Shown: positions 26,189 through 39,610, numbered from the stretch's first letter. The stretch: DNA of 64,000 nucleotides from Epiperipatus broadwayi (GCA_028023455.1 JAQFVV010000005.1:18414001-18478000); one strand, 5' to 3'. The notes: a model not told the origin generated them from the sequence alone. Translations and numbers: made by a program.

Positions 26189-26946
26189 GAGGTATCAATC
26201 ATGCATTACTACATTAGTAAATCTTATAATTTGTTTTCTTTCTTCATCTTGGCTACTTTACAATAAAATATTCTAAGGAAATATTTTTATTTTTATATAC
26301 AGATTTCGTGCGTATATACATATTTAATATTAATAAATCAATACTAGGGTATTGTAAATACCGAACTTTGACATGCAATTAAAAGGGATTTGAACTCAGA
26401 CTTTCAAGAGACCATAACGCTATTTATATTCATGTATATTTAACGTATTATAATAATGTTAAACATGTATAGAAATGATAATATTTATTTATAAATATTG
26501 TTTATAATTTCTTCATTTCTACTATTGTTAATTTATTTCAGAATCAATGTCTCTCCAAGTTTAATCTAGTTTTTCCACTCCCTAACTTCTCTTCATCGCA
26601 TCACACCATCAATCTTCTTTATTTTACCTCTCCGCCTCACATGGGTCTCTTTCTATGTTTTTTAAAATCTTTTGTGGTTCAATTTAAATATTAATCTATA
26701 CTTCCCTCTTTTTATATATATGAGTACATATATAAAAAATAAAACGGCGCCTTTAAATTCATATATTTATTAAATATATTTATATAGACTTTATTATATA
26801 TAATAATTTTACATTTACAAATTAGAAAATATTTGAATAATTAGTACATTATATCATACAATATTATAGTAAATATAATATCAAAAACCCTTTATCTATA
26901 TTTATAAATGCATCCATACATATAATACATTATTTATACCTATATA

Positions 26947-29904
26947 TGTTACGGTTGAAGTGATTAGTCGGTTTGTATTAATAATTGCCAGTTATTATTA
27001 TTAATAACCAAATAAGACGACCAAAATGATTAATTTTAACAAATATATCACATGAACCGGTAATTATTAATAATTTCCAACTGTCAATGGTAAATTTGGT
27101 TTGAAGCTTCTCCTTATTCCAGAGGAAAGGAGTCATCTCATTTTTGTTTTCACTAACCATTTGTTTAGTGCTTATTACTCCATTATTGGAAGAAATCGTA
27201 TATATATATATATGTCTATCGCTAGTACGCCTAGCACATTGTTTTTACATTTTCATTAATTATATGTTACCCATAAGCATAATGCAAGATTTAGAGATAA
27301 TGAAAAAATGATTTAATGATCAAATGAATAATTTGAAATTGAAAAAAGATAAAAATCAGTTATTTCCAAAAGAAGAGTATTATTCATTTTTTCTAAAAGT
27401 AAAAGAAAACAAAGATAAAATTTCTACAGAATATCAAAAATTATCAAGATACTACATTATAAAAATTGGAAGTGTAAAAAAAATTATCATACCAGTTAAA
27501 AATGAAGAAGAACCATCTGTATATTACACTTTTTTGAAAGAGAATATTCAATTAATTCATGGGATCCATATTGTAATTGTTCATGTGGGTCAATAACAGG
27601 ATGATAAAAAAGTGTAGGGCAAAGTATAAGAACATTACAGTAGAAATTGTTATGCTGTATTTAAATCTTTTTTTTCCATGTGTCATAGCTCCGGCCGGGA
27701 CGCGAACCCACAACCGTCTGCAACCAACTACTTGCTTGCAAGGCGGCTGCGATGACCTCTCGGCTAACAGCGCTTGACAGTATTTAAATCTTTGTAGACC
27801 CTGTTAAAAGAAAGTAAGCATTCCAAAAACAGGGCTCATTGTAAAAACCAATTAAAAGCAGTCAATTTAATTCAAGATGTCAAAATGGTTTTATAGATAT
27901 GCAATCACAAGTAGATGGAATTTATAAATTTATAATGGTTTATCAAGACCATCTTATAAAATTTGTTCAACTAAGAGCTTTAAAAACAAAACATGTCAAG
28001 GAAGTTGCTTACCATTTACTGGATATATTTACAATATTTGGAGCACCATACATCTTGAAAAGTAACAATGTCTGAGAATTTGTGAACAAAATTATTTAAG
28101 AAGTCTGTGGGATGAGCTTAAAATCATTCATGGAAAAATGAGACATAACTATATGGTCACAATACTCAGTTGAAAGAGCAAATCAAAACATTGAAAATAT
28201 GTTATCCACCTGGCTTGCACATACAACTATTTGGTTGAAAGGATTAAAATTCATTCCATTTATAAAAAAGAGAGCCCATCATTCTGGAATAGACAGCAAT
28301 ACCTATGAAGCTATGTTTAGTTGTAAATTTAGAAAAGGTTCGAAAACAATCAAAACTATCACAAATCACTAGTGAAGAAGATTTTGAAATGCTATTAAAA
28401 GATCAATCCAATAATGATCCTGAAATCCAGAAAATAGCCTTAAAAGAATATCGTGATAGTACAGCAGAGAATAATGATAATGTCAGAATGGAAATAAATG
28501 ATTCAAATGATGACTTGCAGTTAATAACTACTGAAGACCCAAACGGGGCAATAACCAAATTGTAGATCGACTACATTTTTTTGAAATATTGCAAATGACA
28601 TGGAAGATAAGGAAATAACAATATTGGCAGTATTGAAAATAGTGAAAAAACTAAAGAAGATTGGATGAAATTTGCAAAAAAATCAAAGAGGTTTGAAACT
28701 TTGCTAAGCAGAATCTGAATAAGCAGGCCTGAAAAATGTTATGATTTTTGAAGACTAAATTTCCAGTTGCAAATGTAAGAAAAAGAATTTGGATAAGAAT
28801 CCCAGACATGGATAGGGCTAAAGCTGGTCACCATCATATTATAACTGTTATTATGTGAATTAAAAATAACAACTTGTATAAATTCCATATGAAATATTCC
28901 ATTTTAAACCAATTCTAGACTACGAATGAATTTCCAGTCTGCAAAGAAACTTTAATTCAATTAATAAAGTTCTAGATATGGAAATAAGCTAAGAGAGTAT
29001 GCTAGAAGAAATTCCAATTTAAGTGGTCAAGAATTCCAACATTCCAATTGCATAAGCAAATGTAAGTCAAATTGCTAAATGTAAAAAATCAAAAATTCTT
29101 TGCAATTCTAAATGCCACAAAAACTCTTCTTGCAAAAATAAATAGCTTTGCAAAGTAATTTTATATATAAATAGTTTATAACTGTAATTTTATAAAAATG
29201 TAAAACTTTTATCTAATTAAAGTTTTTATTTGTTGTGTATTCATTATTTGTATAATTTTGCCATAATTTTGTTTAATTGTATGTCATAATTTCGTGCAAT
29301 TTGTCATAAGTTTTTTTTTTTCTTTTGGTTTATTAAATAAAAGTTTTGTTAAGAACTTATTTATGCGATAAATATTGTATACTTGTCCAAGAGTAAAATA
29401 ATAAATAATACAACAATAAATAAAAAGCTTTGAAACTACATCTGCCAGTTTTGTCTGCTCTGAGAGAAGGTGTGGCATATTGTTAACAATATTCACGCAA
29501 TTACCAAGAAAGAATGATGCATCCCCCTGTCAAAAAAGTGGCTCATTTAAATCAATTTATTTGCATTTTGTGATCAAATTTTATGTAAATTACCACTTCC
29601 ATGATTTTTTTAATAAATCTCTTAATCCTCTTGGATGATAATAATAGCTATGATCATGCTATTAATTAGTTGTAAACATACTCAGTATATTTTGTTGATA
29701 TAATTAGCATTTATATATTTAAATTATTAATCAAGCTTTTTTCAGTATACATGTGATATATAGTATTTACGTTAAAATATTAAAATGAATAAAAAATAAT
29801 ATTGTACAATATATTTTTATTACATTTACCAGACTTCTCTGGTAATTATTAATAAAAACCTATAATTATTAATACTTACCAGATTTATTACAAGAACCTT
29901 AACA
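26947..29904 (+). mobile_element. Ginger2/TDD-type DNA transposon (KRBA2/SCAND3-like DDE integrase), decayed
   Basis: Imperfect TIRs TGTTACGGTT..GTATTAATAATT / AATTATTAATAC..AACCTTAACA, with 4-bp flanks tata/taca. Translation shows FIDMQSQVDGIYKFIMVYQDHL.KFVQLRALKTK..EVAYHLLDIFTIFGAP and SVERANQNIENML, plus a C-terminal Cys-rich remnant (~29040-29140). Confidence 0.85.
27668..27778 (-). mobile_element. tRNA-Gly-derived SINE (long variable-arm subfamily, TGC) nested in the Ginger2 element
   Basis: tRNA body, TGACACATG tail and poly(A). TSD GTATTTAAATCTTT on both sides. Confidence 0.9.
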
Positions 29905-30633
29905 TACATACAGATAATACATTACATGTAACACAATATATTTTTTTCAAGAAAAAAAACTCCAATAAAAGATCTATTATAGGTTGATGAGAAAATTTAT
30001 TTAACCTCAGGGATTGTCAATTAATAGTAATTGATAGTCTCTTAGCAACATCAAAAGCTAAAAGTTATCTCTATTTACATAGATATAATCTCATTTCTAT
30101 TCTTTATTATAATATGTACACACCCACATGGATTTAGATTATAACATTTGTTTATATCTCCATACATTTAATATGTAATAAAAGTCATTTATAAAAATAA
30201 TTGCATTTATTGTTAAATGTTGTAAATAAGAGCAACTATTTACACTCATGCTAACACTAGTAATCTTGAATGATTACAAGATGTTAATTTATTTAAATCT
30301 TGTTTTTGCAACTATCAATGAAGACAATCACTGACTATTCAAGCTTATTATAGATGGCACTAGAGCAGTGCTTTTGTTGCATTTTATTGTTTAGACAAAA
30401 GAATCATGAGATAATTTGTTTATAATTTATAATAGCTCTAATATAACAATTGTTTAATGTTTATACTATATAAAACATCTATTAATTAGCCTATAAAAGA
30501 GGAAGAGTGGAAAAGGCAATGATCATTAGTCTTATTAATTGCTAAACAATGAGGATTTTCCATCCTTATTTAACTTCCTTTCTTAGAATAGGTAGCTATC
30601 TCTTTATCAACCATTAATAAATAACAGAAGTTC

Positions 30634-30733
30634 GTCAAGTGTTGTTGACCTTGTGGTTAGCGTAGCTGCCTTCCAAGCAGCTGGCCTGGGTTCGCTTCCC
30701 GATCAACGCCCAGACACATGAAAAAAAAAAAAA
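30634..30733 (+). mobile_element. tRNA-Gly(TCC)-derived SINE (plain subfamily)
   Basis: gtggttagcgtagctgccTTCCAagcagc...gggttcgcttcccg closely follows eukaryotic tRNA-Gly(TCC). Poly(A) and TSD AACAGAAGTT. Confidence 0.9.
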
Positions 30734-31987
30734 CAGAAGTTGACATGGGTTTCTATCTAAAAAAAATATATTTAAAATTCTAGGTTTCAGCTTTGGCAAG
30801 CTGGTAGACTAACACTAAGTCACAATGTGGGTCATAGAATATGTATGTACAAATAAAAATGATATATACAATTTTTACAATATTTAAAATATGTATATTT
30901 TACAATTTTTTGACTTAAAAGCAAAGTATAAATATTTAATAATTACACAATTTTTTAATCTGGCAATCTTTTGAATAAAATAATGCTGTCAGACTGTTTT
31001 ATATCTTTTAAGTAAAATATTTATATGCTATAGGTTACCGGGATAATATTTTATATTTTGTTGTATTTGCATAATGAATGTTATATTATAACTATATATA
31101 CGACAGAATACATTGCGTTAAAAAAGCTTCAGAGAAACAAACAATTTTCTGATAAACAAAACATTCATGTGTGTATTTAATATTCATGTGTATATTCAGT
31201 GTCTTGAAAAATATCTAGACTTAATATCCAAATTAGATAATATTTACTCCATTAAAAGCTCGCGTTTTATTATTAATGAAAAAATGCATATCTCTCATGC
31301 TATTGTTTTATATAACTTGTTTTATTTACATTTTAAGTAATTGGTAATTTTGTTAATTATTCTAATAACACAACGCTGCTTATTAACCCAGTAATACACG
31401 TTTGTTTCTATAAATTATTAAAATTGCTTTTGATTTAATTACTTGTTTTAATTCATACATTAACATTATTATTTACAATTACATTGGATATTGAAAATAA
31501 ATAAGATTGTTCTTTAAACAAATAAATTTAAACTAATGGTTTTCTTTTTAAAGTTAATTTCAATATAGCTGACTAGCGCATGTTTCTTAATGATGTAAGG
31601 GGTTTTATTATTTTATTACGTCATTAATGATGATCAAACGTTATCATTTTCATTGTTGTACCATATAGTAATTTCCCCAGTCTACTTTCACATACACACA
31701 AAAAATTTAACATATATATAAACATTACATATCTTTATCACTAACTAGCATTTAGTTAATCTTTTCAATTAATATATTTTATCTTAAAGTTTTAAATATC
31801 GTTTTACTTTCATGTTTCTTGCATTTATTACATCATTAATAAGTTATATTCAGATATGAGAATGATTACTTATTATTAAAGTTCTTATCTTTTAAATTTT
31901 TCTTTTTTATTCTTTTTTATGAATAACAAATGACAAGTTATAGAGTAAAAAAGCAAAAAACATTGATAACTAAATCAATAATAATAT

Positions 31988-32996
31988 TTATGTAATATAT
32001 AGGGTATATGAGCACAGACTTTCACATGACCCACCACTCTCCACACTATCTCATAACACTAATACACTTGAACACATATATGTTGAAAAGATACTATCCA
32101 AAATTGGAATTCTGTAATGATATTTGAATTTAACTTTTCATTTTATCATAAATATTATGAAATAACTGAAACACATAGACTTAATATATACCTGTGTTTA
32201 TATATGTAATATATAAAGTATATGAGCACAGACTTTCACACAACACTCTTCCACACTATCTCATAACACTGATGCACTTAAACACATATATGTTGAAAAG
32301 ATAAATAATCACCAATATACATATTTCATGCTAAACCAGCAATCATCAGTTGGTCCAGATTACCATCTCTACACATATACGCTATAAGTGCTCAGATATA
32401 TATTAAGATAGTCAAACCTTATACTTTAATGGACAGGCTTCAATCTACTCCACACTCCAACTCTTCAACTGTCCATCCAATTGAAAATCTGATGATGGAA
32501 TACCCTGAGGCTAATATTCTTGTCAGATTGACCTTAGGTCAACATGGGTGTGACAAGAATCTCAGCCTCAGGGTGGCCTTTGAGCATTCTCTCATCAGAT
32601 TTTCAATTGGATGAATGGTTGAAGAGTTGGGGTGTGGAGTAGATTGAAGCCTGTCCATTAAAGTATGAGGACTGGCTATCTTAATATATATCTGAGCACT
32701 TATAGAGTATATGTGTAGAGATGGTAATCTGGACCAACTGATGATTGCTGGTTTAGCATGAAATACGTATATTGGTGATTATTTATCTTTTCAACATATA
32801 TGTGTTTAAGTGTATCAGTGTTATGAGATAGTGTGGAAGAGTGTTGTGTGAAAGTCTGTGCTCATATACTCTATATATTACATATATAAACACAGGTATA
32901 TATTAAGTCTATGTGTTTCAGTTATTTCATAATATTTATGATAAAATGAAAAGTTAAATTCAAATATCATTACAGAATTCCAATTTTGGATAGTAG
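31988..32996. mobile_element. Family A ~900-bp near-perfect palindrome with two hammerhead cores, plus a 105-bp tandem terminal duplication
   Basis: Arms ~32093-32510 / ~32570-32996, with centre tgacc-tta-ggtca. Core accaa-CTGATGA-ttgctg-gtt-tagcat-GAAA-tacgta-TA-ttggt at ~32733-32776, mirrored at ~32310-32355. Confidence 0.92.
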
Positions 32997-33625
32997 ATAA
33001 AATTCCTTTAATACTTGATTTATAATCTTGGCATTAAACAATGTAAATTATTCTATCACAGTCCTGCATGGTCTCATTCAGTGGTAGACTCTAAAACTCA
33101 AAGTCTGTAGATCGTAACCTAGCCCATTTCTTGTACTTAAACTTCTAAACTCTCAAGCAATAAATATTTAATACTTATTATTTATTCTAACATTCTATTC
33201 TAGGACCATCTGTTATAAGCGTGAGTAACTAATGAACATCAGGCAATAATGGCAACCCAAATTTCTTGAGTAGTTTCTGACTATGGGATTTCACAATTAA
33301 GGAGCATTCATTTGCACATGTATATGCAGAAACCATCTTTTATTAATACTATCCTATCAAGTTAATGAAAGTTTCAACTATCTTGAAGATTTTGAGCTCA
33401 TCAACTTGTTTATATAGATAGTTAGATCCGACACTAAGTTAGCAACTACCCCCTTCCCCCACAGATAATGAACTCTATACAATATACATGTTATATATTC
33501 TAACAATTTCAACAACCTATGACTTATCAAATATGTTACACTGATAATATAAACTTATACAGGAAACAAACTAAGTCCAAAAATGTTACTACAATCATTT
33601 ACAAGCCAGATTCCCCAGGAATCAT

Positions 33626-34088
33626 TTAAATAAACTTAGGCAAAACTCCCCATACAGTAGTGCCATCCTGTGCCAAACAGAGTAATCAATGGATGCCAGA
33701 AGGCTTGTGCATAAAATCCCAATCTAGTGCCTACTCATCCAATATCCCCAGACTAGTTTCTGGCTTGTGCCCATCATCAGTGAGGAGTCTTGGATCTGAG
33801 AGCACTGCACCTAGATCTTAGGATCTAATGCAACCCTCCAGCAGCCACCTTTTAACTCTACTTTACTACAAAACTATGAGAATGAAATTGATGGCCACAA
33901 GCCAGAAACTAGTCTGGGGATATTGGATGAGTAGGCACTAGATAGAGATTTTATGCACAAGCCTTCTGGAATCCATTGATTACTCTGTTTGGCACAGGCT
34001 GGCACTACTGTATGGGGAGTTTTGCCTTTGTTTACAACAAATTATGTGCTAGTATAGAGATGGTGATCATGTGATGTTAAATAAACTT
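33626..34088. mobile_element. Family B fold-back insertion with hammerhead and 12-bp TSD
   Basis: TSD TTAAATAAACTT at 33626-33637 and 34077-34088. Minus-strand core at 33745-33786: tcctca-CTGATGA-tggg-cacaa-gcca-GAAA-ctag-TC-tgggga. The plus arm starts inside the core at ~33889. Confidence 0.92.
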
Positions 34089-34103
34089 GTAAATAATGCT
34101 CAT

Positions 34104-34184
34104 TCTTTCTTATATCATGGCCAATCTATGTGTCAAATAAAAAAACATATTTTGACACATAGATTGGCATTGATATAAGAAAAG
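34104..34184. repeat. Short hairpin, ~33-bp arms
   Basis: tttcttatatcatggccaatctatgtgtcaaa / tttgacacatagattggcattgatataagaaa. Confidence 0.85.
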
Positions 34185-34984
34185 GTAAGAGCTGTTTATT
34201 CTTTTGAGAGTCTGACTTATAAATTATCAGAGTGGCATTTGTGAACTTGTTTGTTCCATGAATATGTTTATATTTATATATAGACTTGATTTTTAGTTTT
34301 TAACATGTATACATCAATATATTAACAAAATTCACTTATTAATCTTTAGTACAATAGTAAATCTAAACAAAAAAGAGACATTCAACCATTCCTTGTGGTT
34401 AAATGTGTGAGCATGATAATGAAAAAAAAATCGCAAGAGAAATGATTCATGATAATGCAAATATAGGTTAGCACTTAAGTAAAGTTTATGAAATTCTAAC
34501 ATTTTTTGTTTTGTTTTTAATTTAAATTTTTTTTAAAATAAAAAAATAATTGAATAAGAAGTCCAAGCATCAGAAATGATAGTGCGCCATAATAAATAAC
34601 TTTGAACTTCACAATCTGCTACTCTATCACTCCACTAAATCACACAGGGCAATACCAAATGGCTTTATAGTTTTGGAATTCATAAAAAATTCACAACCTG
34701 GAAATGATAGAATTGGATCACAATCCTTAAATCTCGAGCATAAGGGTCTGCCATTCTCCCATTGCATCAAACCATGTAGGCTTAGATGAAGGGTATGTGG
34801 AGGATACAGGGGAGAATATTGCTCCAGTAACTGAAATATGTAACTTCATTCATTTTTGACTTTTAACAAAGTGATAGTATATACCAAACAATCCATCATG
34901 TGACTTTTCCAGTTTATATTTAAAAGCAAGGTGCTATAATAATTTTAAATTTTTTAGAAAACAATAATGATCTATTGTTAATAA

Positions 34985-35294
34985 CTAGTGATAGTCAACC
35001 TGGTCTCTACTGCCCACTAGTGGGAATTCCAGCCTTCATGGTGGGCAGTAGGGATTTTGTCTGATACTGAAGCGCTTTCTTTTTTTTTTTAAATTTAATT
35101 GACTTATTAAAAAAATTTCATAAAGATTTATATGCTTTAGCTTGCTGTAACTCTGCTTTATAAATTTTATAAAGTAAAGTTACTTCCCTACTTTATAAAT
35201 CACCGTAACTGTGGAACCGTGGGCGGTTAGAAAATTTTATTACTAACAGAGATATAAAAGTGGGTGGTATGTATAAAAATATTGACTACCACTG
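34985..35294. mobile_element. Non-autonomous hAT MITE
   Basis: TIRs c(t)agtgatagtcaacc ... attgactaccactg. Flanks gttaataa / attaataa (8-bp TSD, 1 mismatch). Confidence 0.85.
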
Positions 35295-36089
35295 ATTAAT
35301 AACCATCTCCCTGGAATTTAAAAAAACCTGGATTACAATTAAGCTTACTTATTTAATTATAACATTATCCTTAAAATTAGAGTCTGGGCTTAGGTTCAGA
35401 GTTCAAATTTTAATTAATAAATGTTGCAGCAAAGATAAAAAATAAAATATTTAAAAAGCCAATTGCATAGAAGAAAATTTTCAAATAGTCCTTCATAGAG
35501 GAACAATTAAAAAGTGCTATAATTAATCATATTAAGTCAGCATAATAAGACACTGCTAGTTGTAAACAGTTACTAGATTATATCAATGACTGGGATCATA
35601 ATATCAATGCTGGTAGATTGAAAATAGGAAAATAGATTAAGGATAAATTTAATGAAGCACCTAAACAGGTAAGAAGAATGAAGCAGAGACTCAGATGTGA
35701 AATAGTATCACACAATATCTATAGCTAGGATAAACTTTAATGTCAATAATTACATAACTCCTTTAGCATACAAGATTCTACCAGCAACACTTTGAACTGG
35801 CAAATTATGTCATTTATTTTTAGAATAATGCTTAATTATTCTTAAAATAGATGACTATATAAATATTAATAGAAAATTATTGCCATGAACACACTTATCA
35901 TAATAACAAAGAGGATTTATTAAAATGATCTAATAGACTATACTTAATGTTAAATGGAACAATAAAGTGGAAATTTTATTTTGTCATAGTGCATCAAAAA
36001 TTTAAAGCCTCTTATAGCCATTCTATTTATAGTTAATCACAATTAAAAATAATATTACTAAGTTTTATGCAACAATTTAATCTATGACC

Positions 36090-36400
36090 AAAATTTGGTC
36101 CCCAAACATCATATTACCAGTTGATCTGTGCATGAAAATATGGTTCTTGTGCATCAGGAGGTAAGAACAGTTGGATATGCCCATCCAAAAGTATTGTAGA
36201 GCAGTGGTTAAATTGGGGAGCATCAAGTGAAACAAATTAATATATTGCTTTAAAGCAATATTAGATGACCTAAATTACTGCAAAGAGCAATAAACATCTT
36301 TATTATGAGTAAATCAAAGATTGAAAGAGTTAGGTCTAAAGTTCTGGCAATCTAAAACTAAACATGACATTGTTTAATTTCTATGAACATATGAGAACTG
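36090..36400 (+). mobile_element. Degraded LINE RT remnant (R1/Jockey-like)
   Basis: GPQTS.., VRTVGYAH (resembling VGYADD) and GLKFWQSKT (resembling GL.LA..KT) in broken frames. Confidence 0.45.
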
Positions 36401-37791
36401 ATATGTTTGATGTAGCATGTTTGTTGGGGGAAAAATCAAATTATTTATTGCTGGAGAGATCATAAGAAGTTTAAATATTAAAAATGAGTAAGGTAAACTA
36501 TAATTTATGAACCATGGGTTCCAGAATATTGCCACTCTAATATAGCATCAAACCACATAGGGCAAATAATTAGTAATATTACAAGATATATTAAAATAAA
36601 ATACATGTTAGCCAATTTATAAAAAAAACTATATATATATAATAGCTTTTAAATAGTCCATTACAGCCATATTCAGAAACAAGTAACATTTTTTTTGGAC
36701 ATGGCTTATGCAAATCGATATCTGGTGATAAGATGCTCACAGGTTAATTTACCTTTTGTCTAGTAGGTATCATAATTATTTTCTATCAAATATCCTTATC
36801 AGGAAGATGCAATCAGCTATAGAAACACATCATTATTGGCTTATTACAAGCTGATATTATCTGTCTAAAAATTTATATCCCATATTATTATCTTTTTTAA
36901 AAAATGATAAACTTCTTGTCATTCTTATGCAATATCAATGTATTCCTTCATTATAAACAAAAATCTATACTTTATTAATCAAGTTACTCTCTGAATACAA
37001 TCATTACAATATTATGAAATTAATCAGTTCTTCTCTGGATGTCACAACATTCAATGTAGGTGAATATTTTCTATAATCATTACAATATTGTGGAATTATG
37101 AAATCAGATAAATATTGACTAGTTACATATACTACAAGTTAGTCTTATAGGTCTTTATTGTATCATATCATGTTATATATTTGACTGACATCACATTATG
37201 GTATAATTCCAAATGTTTTTACTCATCCAACTATATAGTTTACATAAGCATTGTTATAGTGATGAAAGAAATGTGGATGTATTTAATTATTTGTAAATAT
37301 TATCAATGCATAAAGAAGACCCAAGGTTAAAAGAAGAATATAAAAGATAGAGAAAAGATATCCATAAATTCAACATTAAATATCAACTTGTTAAAAACTC
37401 ATTTCATGCAAAGACAATGTCAATGAAAAATTTTTAATTATGGTATTAAATTGCCTTTCTAATATTTAATATTTGAGGCTAAAATGGAGTGAGATGGACA
37501 TATTGCTTGAAAAAATGGCAATAAGACAGTATAATTGTTCTTTCAAAAGTTAACCTTGATAATGGCGATTGTTAGTCCATCGAAATATGGGATGGTAATG
37601 CAAAATAATGCATGGTTCGTACCCAAAAATATTATTTTATCTATATATATAAACAAATACTCCAATTCACAACTGAATTACTAATCAAAATCAGATTAAA
37701 AAATTTCTTATCATTGGTAATGATTTTTCAAATTTTGATTTTAGCTAATGATTTAATTATATTACTAGTTTAGCTTTTGGCACTTGATATA

Positions 37792-37989
37792 TATAATAAC
37801 AAAGAAATAATATTTACTAAGGCAATAAACCTTAAGCATGTGCGGTTGAAAATGCGAAGGTAGGGACCTCTAAAAGTCTTAACCACAAGCTTATGCCTTC
37901 GCATTTTCAACCGCACATGCTTAAGGTTTATTGCTTAGTAAATATTACTTACATAATCAATGTTTGTTAAATAAATTTATAATAACAAA
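37792..37989. mobile_element. Fold-back insertion (52-bp arms) with 12-bp TSD, no hammerhead core visible
   Basis: TSD TATAATAACAAA at 37792-37803 and 37978-37989. Arms ~37808-37860 / 37896-37947, differing by one base. Confidence 0.85.
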
Positions 37990-38879
37990 TAAAGCAATTT
38001 TACATTTCAAGCATGATATTGTGAAGATACCAAAAGAAAAACCCTACTAATGGTTACTAAAATACATTTTGAATAACGAGGTTTTCTCATTTAAGCTCCA
38101 TATAATTCTTAAATGTCACAAACCAAAGTTTTGTATGTATATAATGTAACACTATACAAATTTATTTTGCAAGTGTATATTTTCAGCATATTAAGAACAA
38201 TTAGCATGTTTTATTTTTCTCAATGTGTTCAACTATATGCTTGAAATATAAATTGAGTTTAACTGTAAATTTCGGAAATATAAAATCATGGACAGAATAA
38301 TTAAAAATAAAGAACAAATACAACAACATAAAAAATTTTGTAAATATATTTGAATTTTATTAAGTTAATTAAAACGTAATTAACAATTTCCAAACTAATA
38401 AAAGATGATTAATAATCATTTAAATATAAGTTAATGAAAAGTGATGGTTGTGACTCAATCTTTATAGAAAAGCATACTTTCAGAATAAGTTTGTATAACA
38501 TACGTATTTAGTGTTTTTAAAATTAAATGGATTTGTAAATACTTTGTTTTGTTTTCATTGATTTTAAATTAAATCCATTTAAAATAGCAAAATAATTTAA
38601 TTTAAATTGCACAGTTTAAAATAATTTGTCATTTTATTTTTACATTTAAAAAATCATGTTTAAATTAATGTATAATTTTTAATTTGGCTCACTGGTTTTA
38701 CTTTTAGTTATAAATTATATATATATACACACATTCTATCTACTTTAAACTCTTTCAACTATTAATGATTATAAATGGTATTGAATTGTTTTAGAAAACT
38801 TTTTTTTTCTAAAAATAAAAAGGTTAGAATAGCACTTTCAAACTAGAAAAAAATATTTATATAGTTTAAGATATATATA

Positions 38880-39610
38880 TATATTTCATTTATAAGGCAG
38901 TATGTAATTTATTTATACTGAATGTTTCCTAGGATTTATCAGTCTATTTATCCTCCACTCAATCTCAAGTAACTGATACACAAGACCACACACATGCAAA
39001 AAAGATACATGATTTCTAATTCACGTAATTTGTGCAGAACCAGCACGTATCAGTTGGGCCAGATCATACTCTCTCACAGATATATACAATCAATGCTCAT
39101 TTTATATTAAGATAGCAATTCCTCAAGCTTTAATGGACACGCTTCAATTTTCTCACCCAATTATTCAATCATCTATTTCATTGAAAAACAGGGCTTTGAG
39201 CATTCCATTGCCAGTCTTTCAACAAAATGGACGGTTGAATAGTTGGAAGTGTGAGAAGATTGAACTTTGTCCGAGAAACGTCAAGCATTGTTAGCCGAGA
39301 GGTCATTGCAGCCGTCTTGCAAGCAAGTAGTTGGCTGCAGATGGTTGTGGGTTCCCGGACGATGCTATGACATATGAAAAAAAAAACTATGAGGAATTGC
39401 CATTTTAATATAAAACGAGGACTAGTTGTTTATCTGTATGGCAGATTATAATTTGGCCCTTGCTGATTTTGCACGAAATACCTACATTAACCATGAAGTA
39501 TCTTTTTTGCATATGTGTGGTCATATGTACCAATTGCATGAGATAGAGAGGAGGATGAATAGCCTGAAAAATCCTGGGTTCAAATCTCTCTAATTATATT
39601 TTTCATTTGT
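38880..39610. mobile_element. Family A head-to-head pair with a SINE inserted between the arms
   Basis: The minus arm ~38930-39270 contains ccagcacgtatcagttgggccagat. The plus arm ~39390-39600 contains gcacGAAAtacc. Possible TSD tatattt(tt)cattt. Confidence 0.7.
39280..39386 (+). mobile_element. tRNA-Gly-derived SINE (long variable-arm subfamily, TGC)
   Basis: gtcaagcattgttagccgagaggtc...ttgcaagcaagtagttggctgcagatggttgtgggttc...tatgacatatg followed by poly(A). Confidence 0.9.

Noticed and set aside
30639-30710. Genuine tRNA-Gly(TCC) gene
   Set aside because: The acceptor and D arms are mutated, and a poly(A) tail and 10-bp TSD flank it. It belongs to an eight-copy SINE family.
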